Counted from the first letter of the stretch, positions 32,867-43,942 are shown. The stretch: 64,000 nucleotides of DNA from Prochlorococcus sp. AG-355-K03 (GCA_003278685.1 QCDS01000002.1:16731-80730), one strand, 5' to 3'. Numbers and translations are program-made. The notes: generated from the sequence alone by a model not told the origin.

Positions 32867-34045
32867 ATGTGTCCAGTAGCAGCTGAATCAAAGAATTCCA
32901 AGCCAAGCTCAAAAAAGATCAATAAAAAAATTAATACAAACTTAGGAACAGCCGTTGAAGAACATATCAACAAAAATGATAAAAGTTTAGAGAAATCACC
33001 TGAGTTGAACGAAAGCAGTATTGATAATACTAATGAATTTAGTGAGTCCGAAGAAGATGATAAAGGGCTTGGGAATATTAAACTTGGCCCAAAAGGTATC
33101 TACACTGAAGATTCAATAAGAGTTTATCTCCAAGAAATTGGAAGAATTAGACTTTTAAGACCAGATGAAGAAATTGAACTTGCAAGAAAAATTGCTGACT
33201 TACTCCAATTAGAAGAACTGGCAACTCAATATGAGTCAGAAAAAGGACATTTCCCATCAGTTAGAGAATGGGCTGAGTTAATAGATATGCCTCTTTCCAA
33301 ATTTAGAAGAAGACTTCTTTTAGGTAGGAGAGCTAAAGAAAAAATGGTTCAATCAAATTTAAGATTAGTTGTTTCCATTGCTAAAAAATATATGAATAGA
33401 GGTTTATCATTTCAAGACTTAATCCAAGAAGGAAGTTTGGGTCTAATTAGGGCAGCGGAAAAATTTGACCATGAGAAAGGTTACAAGTTTTCTACATACG
33501 CAACTTGGTGGATTCGCCAAGCCATTACAAGAGCAATTGCGGACCAAAGTAGAACTATTAGATTGCCAGTTCACTTATACGAGACAATATCCAGAATTAA
33601 AAAAACCACCAAAGTTCTTAGCCAAGAATTTGGCAGGAAACCTAGTGAAGAAGAAATCGCTGAGAGTATGGAAATGACAATTGAAAAATTAAGATTTATA
33701 GCTAAAAGTGCGCAGCTTCCTATTTCTTTAGAAACTCCAATAGGTAAAGAAGAGGACTCAAGACTCGGGGACTTTATAGAGGCTGATATAGAAAATCCAG
33801 AGCAAGATGTCTCTAAAACTTTATTAAGAGAAGATTTGGAGGGGGTTTTAGCCACTCTAAGTCCAAGGGAAAGAGATGTTCTCAGATTGAGATATGGAAT
33901 TGATGATGGAAGAATGAAAACCCTTGAAGAAATTGGTCAAATTTTTGATGTAACTAGAGAAAGAATTAGACAAATAGAAGCAAAAGCCTTAAGAAAACTT
34001 AGACATCCAAATAGAAATGGTGTTTTAAAAGAATATATAAAATAA
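32867..34045 (+). CDS. rpoD: Principal sigma factor
   Basis: [45 protein letters not shown]; SD AAGGAG 32855-32860. Confidence 0.97.
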   Translation: MCPVAAESKNSKPSSKKINKKINTNLGTAVEEHINKNDKSLEKSPELNESSIDNTNEFSESEEDDKGLGNIKLGPKGIYTEDSIRVYLQEIGRIRLLRPDEEIELARKIADLLQLEELATQYESEKGHFPSVREWAELIDMPLSKFRRRLLLGRRAKEKMVQSNLRLVVSIAKKYMNRGLSFQDLIQEGSLGLIRAAEKFDHEKGYKFSTYATWWIRQAITRAIADQSRTIRLPVHLYETISRIKKTTKVLSQEFGRKPSEEEIAESMEMTIEKLRFIAKSAQLPISLETPIGKEEDSRLGDFIEADIENPEQDVSKTLLREDLEGVLATLSPRERDVLRLRYGIDDGRMKTLEEIGQIFDVTRERIRQIEAKALRKLRHPNRNGVLKEYIK

Positions 34046-34141
34046 AAAAAGTTAAGTATAATTTTCAGCTTTAGAAACTTGCAAAAGAATAGCTTAAAAT
34101 AGATTCGACTTTATTTTAATTCAAACTCAAAATAATATTTA

Positions 34142-35092
34142 ATGACTAATTTTAAGCTGAAAATAGCTAGTAGAAGAAGCAAACTAGCAATGGTTCAAAC
34201 TTTATGGGTTAAAGAACAATTAGAGAGCAATATTCCCAATTTAGAGGTATCTATAGAAGCCATGGCAACTCAAGGTGACAAAATCCTCGATGTAGCCTTA
34301 GCAAAAATAGGCGATAAAGGCTTATTTACAAAAGAACTTGAAGCACAAATGCTCGTAGGACATGCAGATATAGCTGTACATTCTCTGAAAGATTTACCAA
34401 CCAATTTGCCTAATGGCCTTAAATTAGGATGCATTACAAAAAGGGAGGATCCTGCAGATGCTTTAGTAGTAAACAAAAAAAATGACTGTTATAAACTAGA
34501 AACCTTACCTGAAGGTTCGATTGTTGGAACAAGCTCTCTAAGAAGACTCGCACAATTAAGAAATAAGTACCCACATCTTGTTTTCAAAGATATCAGGGGA
34601 AATGTTATTACAAGAATTGAAAAATTAGATACAGGAGAATTTGATTGTATAATTCTTGCAGCCGCGGGTTTAAAGAGATTAGGCTTTGAATCAAGAATTC
34701 ACCAGATTATCCCAAGTGAAATTTCCCTTCATGCCGTTGGCCAAGGAGCACTAGGCATTGAATGTAAATCTGATGATAAAAAAGTTTTAGAAATTATAAA
34801 TATCTTAGAAGATAAACCCACCAGTCAAAGATGTCTAGCAGAAAGGGCTTTTTTAAGAGAGCTTGAAGGTGGATGCCAAGTACCAATAGGTGTGAATAGT
34901 AAAATTCAGAATGAACAACTTTGCCTTACTGGTATGGTTGCATCTCTTGATGGAGAAAGGCTTATTAAAGATCAATATATTGGCAAAATTAATGATCCCG
35001 AAAAAGTAGGCAAAGAACTAGCTAAAAAATTAAAACAGCAAGGTGCCGGAGAAATACTAAACGAAATATTTAAAAAATTTAGAGAAAAATAA
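34142..35092 (+). CDS. hemC: Hydroxymethylbilane synthase
   Basis: [21 protein letters not shown]. Confidence 0.98.
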   Translation: MTNFKLKIASRRSKLAMVQTLWVKEQLESNIPNLEVSIEAMATQGDKILDVALAKIGDKGLFTKELEAQMLVGHADIAVHSLKDLPTNLPNGLKLGCITKREDPADALVVNKKNDCYKLETLPEGSIVGTSSLRRLAQLRNKYPHLVFKDIRGNVITRIEKLDTGEFDCIILAAAGLKRLGFESRIHQIIPSEISLHAVGQGALGIECKSDDKKVLEIINILEDKPTSQRCLAERAFLRELEGGCQVPIGVNSKIQNEQLCLTGMVASLDGERLIKDQYIGKINDPEKVGKELAKKLKQQGAGEILNEIFKKFREK

Positions 35093-35098
35093 AATTTG

Positions 35099-35689
35099 TT
35101 AATTTACTAATTTAGGATCAATTTCTTTTTTGTATCTCTCTTCACAATCTTTAATCACTTTAACAGCTTCTTGTATCCCAAAAAAACCATTTACAGTACA
35201 TGTTCCTGGTTTTTTTAGATCTTTGTAATGCTCCCAATAATACTTTGTTTCTTTTAACCAATGATCTCCAAGGTCTTCATAACTTGAGATATGATCCATT
35301 CTTTTATCATCCGCGAGAACCGCTATTACCTTATCATCCACCTCTCCACCATCATCAAATTTCATCACTCCAATAATCCTTGCTTCCACAATAGATCCGG
35401 GTATCAATGGCTCAGCTACTCCAACAATTTCTATATCAAGTGGATCTCCATCTTCATCCCATGTCCTTGGAATACATCCATAAGCAAAAGGATACGCAAG
35501 CGATGAATAACCTACCCTATCAAGTTTAAGATGGCCCGTTTCTGTAATTAATTCATATTTATTAATGGTATTAGAGTTCAATTCAACAATAGTGTTTATT
35601 ATTGTATTTGAGCTATCAGTGAAAGCATTTAGTATATGCAATAAATTTGGGGTAACCCTGCTTGGGGGCTGATTTAGATTTGCCATCAA
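35099..35689 (-). CDS. ppa: Family I inorganic pyrophosphatase (intact active site)
   Basis: NKYE, LDR, DEDGDPLD, DDKV, EHYKDLK. Confidence 0.93.
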   Translation of the reverse strand: MMANLNQPPSRVTPNLLHILNAFTDSSNTIINTIVELNSNTINKYELITETGHLKLDRVGYSSLAYPFAYGCIPRTWDEDGDPLDIEIVGVAEPLIPGSIVEARIIGVMKFDDGGEVDDKVIAVLADDKRMDHISSYEDLGDHWLKETKYYWEHYKDLKKPGTCTVNGFFGIQEAVKVIKDCEERYKKEIDPKLVN

Positions 35690-35749
35690 GAAATTATTTT
35701 TGTTTATCTTACATCCTCACACCTAACCAAATTCTTTAAAAGTAATGTT

Positions 35750-37255
35750 TCAGCAAAAATCATTTATTTTTGACCTTAAATGATTAATAAAATATTTTGG
35801 CGATAGTTCTTCATTAGTTACAGCTCTTACCAACTCCATACAATTAACTGATCTGCCATATTTATGTATATTATTTTTTAACCAAAAGATGATCTTTTGA
35901 TATTCACCATTTTCAATTAAGCTGTCAATCAAACCTATGTCTCTTTCCATTTGAGAAGATATTTGCGCACTAATAACATGTCCTAACAAATATGAGGGAA
36001 AATATCCAAACGCCCCTTCACTCCAATGAACATCTTGAAGACAACCTTCTGAATCATTAGATGGTTTAATTCCTAGTAGTTCATCATATCTTTTATTCCA
36101 TTCTGTTGGAATATCTTCAGCAGGTAACCCTCTTTCAATTAAATCTATTTCAAGTTCGGTTCTTATTAATATGTGTAAGCCATAAGTCAATTCATCCGCT
36201 TCAACCCTATTTAATCCTGCTTCCAAATGATTAATAGATTTCCATAGTTCACAATAATTATTAAGAGAACATCCAGCCGAAACAAATTTTTTAAAAAATC
36301 TTTTTGAAAAAGATTTGGATTTAACTATTCTATTCTCCCAAAATAAAGATTGACTTTCATGAATACCCATAGAGGTTGCTTGACCTAAAGGCCAAGCAAA
36401 CCATTGATGACTTTGAGATGGCAAACCCTGCTCATAAATAGAATGTCCCCACTCATGCGCAGTTGCTAAAAAACTTGATAATGGTTCACCTTCAACAATT
36501 CTTGTAGTGATCCTAAAATCATTAGGACCCAATGTTATCGAGAAAGGATGGGGAGATTGTCCAACAACAACGAGATCTCTATCTCTTCCAAACTCGTCAA
36601 GTAATTTAGAACATAAATTTTTTTGAGATTCTGGACTTAAATCCCAATGATTTTTTTGGAACTTGTTAGTTGCTCTAATCAAGCCTGGGATGGTTTCTTT
36701 CAAAGGTTGAAAAATTTTATTCAACCATTTCAAATTTAATTCAGGCTCAAAGGGTTGGGCTAATGTTTCCCAAGGTGAACATTGAATAGATATTTGTTTT
36801 GCCTCTTCAATCCGCAATTTAACTAATTCTTCAAAGAAAGGAAGAAAAATTTTAAAATCTGATTTTTCCTTAGCTTCTTGCCAGCTTTCATACCCTTTAG
36901 ATTTTGCCTTTGCTAGAGACTCAACTAATTTAGGATCTAAATTTCTTTCTCTATTAAATTCCTTCAATAAAAGACTAATATTTCTTTCTTTATCTTTTAT
37001 GAAAAGTTGATTATCGGAATTTCGTTCAATATCTGCTAATTCATTTTTAGCAGATTGTATTAAATTAGAAAATTCCTCGGAAGAATTTCTTTCATGCAAT
37101 ACTTTTGCAATATAAGTAAGTTGTTCAGACCTCCAAGAAGCACCTTTCTTAGGCATTCCAGTATTCTGATCCCAATAAAGTGTATTTTGGATTGAACCTA
37201 ATATTTGTGTTTCTTTAAGGTAAGCACCCAGCTTATTCCAATGAGTTTCAGCCAA
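35750..37255 (-). CDS. Carboxypeptidase M32 (Taq family)
   Basis: HPF, DFRITTR, HEWGH, HESQS, GCLQDVHW, GYFPSY. Confidence 0.95.
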   Translation of the reverse strand: MAETHWNKLGAYLKETQILGSIQNTLYWDQNTGMPKKGASWRSEQLTYIAKVLHERNSSEEFSNLIQSAKNELADIERNSDNQLFIKDKERNISLLLKEFNRERNLDPKLVESLAKAKSKGYESWQEAKEKSDFKIFLPFFEELVKLRIEEAKQISIQCSPWETLAQPFEPELNLKWLNKIFQPLKETIPGLIRATNKFQKNHWDLSPESQKNLCSKLLDEFGRDRDLVVVGQSPHPFSITLGPNDFRITTRIVEGEPLSSFLATAHEWGHSIYEQGLPSQSHQWFAWPLGQATSMGIHESQSLFWENRIVKSKSFSKRFFKKFVSAGCSLNNYCELWKSINHLEAGLNRVEADELTYGLHILIRTELEIDLIERGLPAEDIPTEWNKRYDELLGIKPSNDSEGCLQDVHWSEGAFGYFPSYLLGHVISAQISSQMERDIGLIDSLIENGEYQKIIFWLKNNIHKYGRSVNCMELVRAVTNEELSPKYFINHLRSKINDFC

Positions 37256-37363
37256 AGATTTAAATGGAAACTAAATTTATCTTAAGATAAAAATTTTAAT
37301 GTCTGCAGTAAAACATGCATCTTTGTCCATAATAGGATATTGATTAATTAAGTTTTAACTTAT

Positions 37364-37819
37364 ATGGAACAAATATTTTCAAAATTAAAATTTATAACCC
37401 ATGGCGAGGGTTTTATTGATATCACATATGATTTAAATTTATGTGTTGAAAAAAATAATTTTCATTCCGGAATTTTAAATTTAACTTCACTTCATACAAG
37501 TTGCAGTTTAACTATTAATGAGAACGCAGATCCAAATGTACTGAGGGACCTAAAAAAGTATATGCAATCGATAGTTCCCTATGATTCTTACTTAACCTTA
37601 TCAAAAAATAGAGAAGAAATATCCTATAAACATTATCAAGAAGGGGCTGACGATATGCCAGCACATATTAAAACATCCCTAACAAACACTTGTTTATCTT
37701 TGAGTTTTCAAGACGGAAAAATTATGCTTGGCACATGGCAAGCAGTTTATTTATGGGAACATCGATTTGATCAAAAGGAAAGAATCATAAATGTACATAT
37801 AATTGGTGAGAAAAAGTGA
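37364..37819 (+). CDS. YjbQ (UPF0047) family protein
   Basis: HTSCSLTINENADP, AHIK, LGTWQ. Confidence 0.92.
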   Translation: MEQIFSKLKFITHGEGFIDITYDLNLCVEKNNFHSGILNLTSLHTSCSLTINENADPNVLRDLKKYMQSIVPYDSYLTLSKNREEISYKHYQEGADDMPAHIKTSLTNTCLSLSFQDGKIMLGTWQAVYLWEHRFDQKERIINVHIIGEKK

Positions 37820-37856
37820 GATATTTATAATGTAATAAGTCAGATTTCTTACTTAA

Positions 37857-38147
37857 ATGGAACCCTACATTTTGCAAGATGAAGAATTGAATAAATTAGT
37901 TGTCAAAATACCTGGCTGGGAAATTAAATCTAAACAAATCCAAAGAGAATTTAACTTCTCTAATTTCATTGAAGCCTTTGCTTTTATGACTAAGGTTGCT
38001 TTAATCTGTGAAAAATATAATCATCATCCTAACTGGGAGAATGTTTATGCAAAAGTAATAATTAAATTAAATACACATGATCTAGGAGGTATTACGAATC
38101 TGGATCAAACATTAGCTTCGGAAATCAACAAAATTTTCGATCAATAA
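37857..38147 (+). CDS. Pterin-4-alpha-carbinolamine dehydratase
   Basis: NHHPNW, THD.GGIT.LD. Confidence 0.93.
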   Translation: MEPYILQDEELNKLVVKIPGWEIKSKQIQREFNFSNFIEAFAFMTKVALICEKYNHHPNWENVYAKVIIKLNTHDLGGITNLDQTLASEINKIFDQ

Positions 38148-38176
38148 AAATATAAACTTGTTTTCAACTATTCAAA

Positions 38177-39202
38177 ATGTCTAAAAATTTATTGCCAGTT
38201 ACTATTATTAGTGGATTTTTAGGTTCTGGCAAAACTACACTTCTAAATCATATTTTAAAAAATCAAGTTGGTATTAAAACAGCTGTTTTAGTTAACGAAT
38301 TTGGAGAGATCGGAATAGATAATGACTTAATAATAGAAGGCTCAGAAGATATGATCGAATTAAATAATGGATGTATATGTTGCTCTATCAATGGCGAATT
38401 ATTAAATACCGTATCCAAAGTTTTAGAAAGAGCTGAAAAATTAGACTATTTGATTGTTGAAACAACTGGATTAGCAGATCCATTACCAGTAGCCATGACT
38501 TTTGCGGCTGGTGATCTTAGAGAAAAAGTAAGATTAGATTCGATAATCACTGTCATTGATGGAGAAAATTTTGATTTTGAAATTAATAATACAAGTGTTG
38601 CCTATTCTCAAATTTTATACGGAGATATCCTTCTTCTTAATAAATCTGATTTAGTAAATGAAAAACAATTAAAGAAAATAGAGGAGTTTATAAATAAAAT
38701 TAAAAAAGAACCAAGGATTTTGAGATCAACTAATAGTGAAGTTGCATTACATACAATAATGAGCGTGGGGCTATTTGAGACGGATAATTTTGAATTCGAG
38801 AAAAATAAAAAAAATATAGAACAAAATTCAAAAGATAACTCTTCTCATTCCCACGATCACTCTTCTCATTCCCACGATCACTCTTCTCATTCCCACGATT
38901 TGATCAATAATATCGAGGGTTTTACCTCAGTTTCATATGAGACATTTGAACCATTTTCTTTAAGGAAGTTTCAATATTTCTTAGATAATCAAATCTCACA
39001 AAATGTATTTAGAGCAAAAGGAATATTATGGTTTATGGAAAGTGAAAGAAAACACATTTTTCACCTATCTGGAAAGCGGTTTTCTCTAGATGATGAGGAA
39101 TGGACAAAAGAAAAATCTAACAAGATAGTATTAATTGGGAAAAACTTAGATCACCAAACTATTAAAAATCAACTGTCATCATGTAGATTTAATTCAGATT
39201 AG
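38177..39202 (+). CDS. COG0523/CobW-family metallochaperone GTPase
   Basis: GFLGSGKTT, NEFGE, GCICC, ETTG, NKSD, His-rich linker, RAKG. Confidence 0.93.
   Translation: MSKNLLPVTIISGFLGSGKTTLLNHILKNQVGIKTAVLVNEFGEIGIDNDLIIEGSEDMIELNNGCICCSINGELLNTVSKVLERAEKLDYLIVETTGLADPLPVAMTFAAGDLREKVRLDSIITVIDGENFDFEINNTSVAYSQILYGDILLLNKSDLVNEKQLKKIEEFINKIKKEPRILRSTNSEVALHTIMSVGLFETDNFEFEKNKKNIEQNSKDNSSHSHDHSSHSHDHSSHSHDLINNIEGFTSVSYETFEPFSLRKFQYFLDNQISQNVFRAKGILWFMESERKHIFHLSGKRFSLDDEEWTKEKSNKIVLIGKNLDHQTIKNQLSSCRFNSD
38838..38899 (+). repeat. Perfect 21-nt tandem repeat (about 3 copies) encoding SSHSHDH
   Basis: ACTCTTCTCATTCCCACGATC at 38838 and 38859, 20-nt third copy at 38880. Confidence 0.95.
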
Positions 39203-39228
39203 AGTTCATATTAGGATTTAATTAATTT

Positions 39229-40767
39229 TTGAAAATACGCATTAAAGGGTTTAAAAAAACACTAACAGAATTAAATTTTCTTTATTTCACTTCGTTTATT
39301 GTTTCACTCTTAGTAATCATTCCAATTTCCAATTTTCTTCTAGAGGGAATTGATTACATTATTAGTGGAAATTTTTCATTAGGCATTGCTGGAGGAGAAG
39401 AGGTATTAGGCACTTTAAAAGTTCTAATATTGACAAGTTTTTTTGGCGGCGGGTTAGGAACTTTGAATGGATGGTTACTTTCGAATTGTGATTTTAAGTT
39501 CAGAAAAGTTCTCCGTATTTGTCAGCTAGTTCCACTAGCGGCACCAGCATATCTAATAACAGCTATTTTGCAGGATTTAGGAAGTATTTTTGGGTATCAA
39601 GTAACTGGTTTATGGTGGGGGGTATTAATACTTTCAATTTCTACTTATCCATATGTATTCATTCTTGCTAACGAAAGTTTTAATAAATTTGGAGTTAATC
39701 AAATCAATGCTAGTAGAGGATTAGGAGTAGGGCCTTGGAGCAGCTTCTTTAAAATCGCATTCCCAATGGCGTTACCAGCACTAATAACAGGAATAAGCTT
39801 AATGTGTATGGAAGTAATGAATGAGTTAGGTACATTTGCATTATTAAACATACCAAGTATTTCTACTGGTATAGCTGAAAATTGGATAATTGAAGGTAAT
39901 CCAAAAAGTGCTACTGGATTATCTTTGGTAGCCTTATTAATGATTTTCACTTTAATTATTTTCGAAAAGTTATCAAGAAAAAGATCAAAGAGGTGGAGTG
40001 AAAATCCTGCATCAAAAGATTCTCAAGGATGGGAATTAAACAAAACTAGAGCTTTTTTAGCAATAATCATATCTTTATTTCCTCCAATTTTCTCTTTTGG
40101 GATTCCATGTTTTTGGGTTCTACTCAATATAGATCTAATTCAAAAAGGGTTATCTATAGAATTACTTAGCCTATCATTAAGGACCATAGGTCTAGGACTT
40201 TTAACTGCATTAATAGCGATGCTATTCTCCTTAATAATTTCTTTAGTCAGACGCGCAAATAAAAGCTTTTTACTAGGAATACTAACAAATCTTGCGGGAA
40301 TAGGTTACGCAATCCCAGGTACTGTATTAGCTTTATCTTTAATAAGCATTTCTTCTTCAAAATTTAATTTTATCGCCATTTGCTTACTAATTTGGGGTTA
40401 TCTTGTCCGATTTCTAACTATCTCTAAGGGTTCTATTGATTCTAGTCTTGAGAGAATTTCTCCTAGTCTTGATGAAGCAGCACTTGGACTAGGAGAGAAT
40501 TGGCTGGGAATCATCAAAAGAATTCATCTACCTCTTCTCCAAGGACCAATATTCGTAGGATCACTTTTGGTTTTCGTTGACACGATAAAAGAATTACCTA
40601 TTACCTTTATTTTAAGACCATTCGATTTCGATACATTATCTGTGAGAATTTATCAATATGCTGGAGATGAAAGAATGGTAGAGGCAATATTGCCAGCCAT
40701 TCTTATCATGACTTTAGGCCTTATTGCATCAATGACATTGATACCAAGTTTAGAGAAAAATCACTAA
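39229..40767 (+). CDS. futB: Fe(III) ABC transporter permease
   Basis: Duplicated permease, PLAAPAY, YAIPGTV, EAA loop (LDEAALGLG), KELP...RPFDFDTL. Confidence 0.85.
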   Translation: MKIRIKGFKKTLTELNFLYFTSFIVSLLVIIPISNFLLEGIDYIISGNFSLGIAGGEEVLGTLKVLILTSFFGGGLGTLNGWLLSNCDFKFRKVLRICQLVPLAAPAYLITAILQDLGSIFGYQVTGLWWGVLILSISTYPYVFILANESFNKFGVNQINASRGLGVGPWSSFFKIAFPMALPALITGISLMCMEVMNELGTFALLNIPSISTGIAENWIIEGNPKSATGLSLVALLMIFTLIIFEKLSRKRSKRWSENPASKDSQGWELNKTRAFLAIIISLFPPIFSFGIPCFWVLLNIDLIQKGLSIELLSLSLRTIGLGLLTALIAMLFSLIISLVRRANKSFLLGILTNLAGIGYAIPGTVLALSLISISSSKFNFIAICLLIWGYLVRFLTISKGSIDSSLERISPSLDEAALGLGENWLGIIKRIHLPLLQGPIFVGSLLVFVDTIKELPITFILRPFDFDTLSVRIYQYAGDERMVEAILPAILIMTLGLIASMTLIPSLEKNH

Positions 40768-41720
40768 ATTCTTTTAGACACTTTTCTTATTAAGAAAGGT
40801 AAGCTTAACAACAAATCTGCCGAGGTAGATATAACCCTAAAATAAACTAAACTTATAAGAATTATATTTTCTGGAATACTTTTGCCAACAAATAAAAGGA
40901 GGCAAGCCTCAAAAACGCCAACTCCTCCTGGAGCTGCTGGGACTACCAAGCCTATGGACCATGACAAAGAAAAAATTACTAATAAAAATATGATGTTCAG
41001 GGTATTACTTGTATAAAAAGTATTTAAGCAAATATAAAACCCAATAAATTTTGATAAAACAAAACCAATTTCAAGAAATAAAGCTCTAGAAGGGAAAAAA
41101 GAAACTATATTTATTCTCTCTTCAAATTGGCCCTTTGAATTTGGAAGTCTCAAAACCTCAAATACTTTCCCCTTAAGAGACCCTAATATTTTTAATATCA
41201 AAAAAATAAATTTTCTATTTAAGAATAATAAAGGAAAAATTAAAAAAAAATAAAGTGGTGAAAAAATTAATCCCATTGATGCCAAGAAAAAAGATCCACT
41301 CAACATAAAATAAGGTTCTATAAGAGTCGAATAAAAAGCAATCTGTGGATTACTTATTTTTTTTATAAAATTAAATCTTTCAACAAAATGCCAAACCCCT
41401 CCTGGAACATATTTAAGAATATTGGTTAAAACATAGAAGGAAACTAAATTATTACTTTTAAATTCTTTCCCGAACCATTTAACTATATATTTCCATGCAT
41501 ACGCGTTTAAGTAAATACTTAAAACACAAAATAAAAATGAAAAAACTAGATTAATTCCATTTCTTTCTAAATTGATATCAAAAGAAACTTGATCAATATT
41601 ATCAAAAAAATAGATGCAAAAATATAACAAGCTTGAAATAAAGAAAATATTCTTTAAATTTCCAAAATTAATTTTTTTAATGAGTTTCGAATGTTGTTGA
41701 TTACTTATATTAAATCTCAT
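40764..41720 (-). CDS. UPF0104/LPG-synthase-TM (flippase-like) membrane protein
   Basis: Polytopic; KYVPGGVW, APGGVGVFE, YFR. Confidence 0.75.
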   Translation of the reverse strand: MRFNISNQQHSKLIKKINFGNLKNIFFISSLLYFCIYFFDNIDQVSFDINLERNGINLVFSFLFCVLSIYLNAYAWKYIVKWFGKEFKSNNLVSFYVLTNILKYVPGGVWHFVERFNFIKKISNPQIAFYSTLIEPYFMLSGSFFLASMGLIFSPLYFFLIFPLLFLNRKFIFLILKILGSLKGKVFEVLRLPNSKGQFEERINIVSFFPSRALFLEIGFVLSKFIGFYICLNTFYTSNTLNIIFLLVIFSLSWSIGLVVPAAPGGVGVFEACLLLFVGKSIPENIILISLVYFRVISTSADLLLSLPFLIRKVSKRI

Positions 41721-42952
41721 TTCCAGTTTTCAAATGCTTTAAATTTATTACTTGATTCTTTTATTATTTTTCTTATTTCGTAAGTTGATATTTTATGCTC
41801 TAAATTTAATCTTAAAACCTCATCATTTTCTGGTTTCATAATTATTGATCCGTCTGGTTTCAAAGTTTGTTTAACTTTTATATTCCCAAAAATCGTTGAA
41901 CATTCTCCTCTACGTCTAAGTAATATCCACCTTGACTGAGTCCTCTCACGAACTCCAATAGTATTGGAATAATCAAACCATAATCGCCTAAAAAATTCTT
42001 TTTTCTCTATGGGCAAGATTGCTTGAATAGAAAATCCAATTCTATTTTTTTTCATATTGATAGCTTGATAAGAAACGTCATAAGCTCCCTCGATTCTAAG
42101 TTTCTCCAGGAAATTAGATATATCTTCGGATGTTTGGTCATCAATCCATGCTTCTTGAATAATTATCTCTTCACACTTTGGACTAATTTGTTCATTATCA
42201 TTATCAGAAGAATTATTAAATGAAGCAATTTTATAAACTCTTACCAAATTAGGGAATGGGAAATTAAGGTTCCCAATACCTACTCCATAGGAGTTAATAG
42301 AATATTTTGAAGGAGGTTCTAGATAGTCGACTAGATTAGCAAGCAATGCAATACCAGTTGGTGTTGAGAGTTCACCCTCTATTGATGAGCCACAGTTTGA
42401 TAAAACCTTAATATTTTTTTGTCTTACTAGCTCTATTACAGCAGGAGCTGGTACAGATAATTTACCATGTTCAGTTTGAACAAAACCTTTCCCCAACGTT
42501 GGTTCATTACAATATACCCACTTTGGATTTAAGTAATTAAAGGCAGCACATACCCCAATGATATCCACCAATGAATCTATAGCTCCAATTTCATGAAAAT
42601 GAACATCTTCAGATTTAATGCCATGAACTTTTCCTTCCGCAATTGCTAAAGATTCAAATACTTCATAAATTATTTTTTTTAATTTATCTTCTAAGTGGCC
42701 ATTTAAAATAAGTTCCTTAATACTTCTCCAAGTTCTTTTGCTAGGACCTGAGTCAATATACTCAACCTTTGCCTTGATGCCTCGGATTGAACAGCTTTTT
42801 GATTCCTTAAAGTCCAGTTGATATAAATTCTTTAAACCAAGATCAATAAGTGGCTGTTCAATAACTTTTTTAGGCACCCCTAAATCATAAAAAGCTCCCA
42901 ACAACATATCTCCAGAGATCCCTGGAGAACATTCAATTAAAATATCATCCAT
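41717..42952 (-). CDS. larC: LarC-family nickel insertion protein
   Basis: GISGDMLLGA, AEGKVHG, HFHEIGAIDS, ELSTPTG, MKKNR, KPE. Confidence 0.9.
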   Translation of the reverse strand: MDDILIECSPGISGDMLLGAFYDLGVPKKVIEQPLIDLGLKNLYQLDFKESKSCSIRGIKAKVEYIDSGPSKRTWRSIKELILNGHLEDKLKKIIYEVFESLAIAEGKVHGIKSEDVHFHEIGAIDSLVDIIGVCAAFNYLNPKWVYCNEPTLGKGFVQTEHGKLSVPAPAVIELVRQKNIKVLSNCGSSIEGELSTPTGIALLANLVDYLEPPSKYSINSYGVGIGNLNFPFPNLVRVYKIASFNNSSDNDNEQISPKCEEIIIQEAWIDDQTSEDISNFLEKLRIEGAYDVSYQAINMKKNRIGFSIQAILPIEKKEFFRRLWFDYSNTIGVRERTQSRWILLRRRGECSTIFGNIKVKQTLKPDGSIIMKPENDEVLRLNLEHKISTYEIRKIIKESSNKFKAFENWK

Positions 42953-42999
42953 AAATTAAAGATTTCTTGACTGGTAAAATTGAGGCGGAAATCAACCTT

Positions 43000-43602
43000 T
43001 CATCCTAATTTTTTTGAAAGATTTTTTTCAATCACTTCGTACTTTATTAGTTTTAGAGAATTTCCATCTCTGTTGATATCTAAACTTACAAAGCTATGCA
43101 GAAGTTCAAGAGAAAGCTCTCCTTTTATGACTAATTTAAAATTTTTATTTTTTAAATTTTTTGACTTTATGGCAGGACAAATTTTAATAACAATTTCTTT
43201 CTTTTGAGTATTTACAAAAACTAATTCTCCTCTAACAGAAAAATAATTGTCTTTAAGATCTAATTCTTCTAATAATTTTGAGAAGTTAGTTTTTGAAGAA
43301 TCATTGGGGAAATCATTCAGTTGGTAGGGATCCCAGATACCTGCAACCTGTAAATGCAAGTTTTGAGTATTTTTATTCTTTGGATAAACAATCCAATAGT
43401 AACTTTTATTTAAATCAATATGCTTTTTTAAAAGTGATAAGGCTTTACCAAGTACTACTGTTTCAATTTTTTCATCGTTATTGTCTATTAAATAGCCTCT
43501 ATTTAATTGCTCACTACTAATGGGAGAAAATTTACCATTAATAATTCCTATTGCTCTATGCTGTAATTGATTTGTAACTTTTGGGATAGGGTTTTTTAAC
43601 AT
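43000..43602 (-). CDS. Conserved hypothetical protein
   Basis: Probable ATG at 43602 (MLKNPIP...QHRAIG...WIVYP...LHLQVAGIW); track start 43656 overlaps neighbour. Confidence 0.7.
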   Translation of the reverse strand: MLKNPIPKVTNQLQHRAIGIINGKFSPISSEQLNRGYLIDNNDEKIETVVLGKALSLLKKHIDLNKSYYWIVYPKNKNTQNLHLQVAGIWDPYQLNDFPNDSSKTNFSKLLEELDLKDNYFSVRGELVFVNTQKKEIVIKICPAIKSKNLKNKNFKLVIKGELSLELLHSFVSLDINRDGNSLKLIKYEVIEKNLSKKLG

Positions 43603-43642
43603 ATTAAAAATTTGGGAATAACAATTTATCGTATTAAATTTC

Positions 43643-43942
43643 TTAATTTTCCTCAATACTTTTAAAGGACTTTAACGCATCGTCAATCGCATCAGAAGGA
43701 TCAGTAGCATCATTCAAACTATTTTGTCTCCTAATCATTTCCACAAGTTCAAAAGGATTAGTTGGAATAACTGAACTATCATCTTCTGTTTTAGTTGAGG
43801 CATCAATTTCTATTTCTTCAAATAAATATTCAGCATTTAGGTAATCACCTTTCAAGGAAATTAATAAAGTAAAAAAAATTATAAAAGTTATTTGTCTAGG
43901 TAGAATTTTGCAAAAATAATCTTTCATTTTATTTAATTTCAA
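43643..43942 (-). CDS. Exported hypothetical protein
   Basis: Signal-like N-terminus, acidic body, PTNPFEL, DATDPSDAIDDAL. Confidence 0.65.
   Translation of the reverse strand: MKLNKMKDYFCKILPRQITFIIFFTLLISLKGDYLNAEYLFEEIEIDASTKTEDDSSVIPTNPFELVEMIRRQNSLNDATDPSDAIDDALKSFKSIEEN

Noticed and set aside
38838-38899. CRISPR-like repeat
   Set aside because: Direct tandem copies with no spacers, in frame within a CDS; no cas genes.
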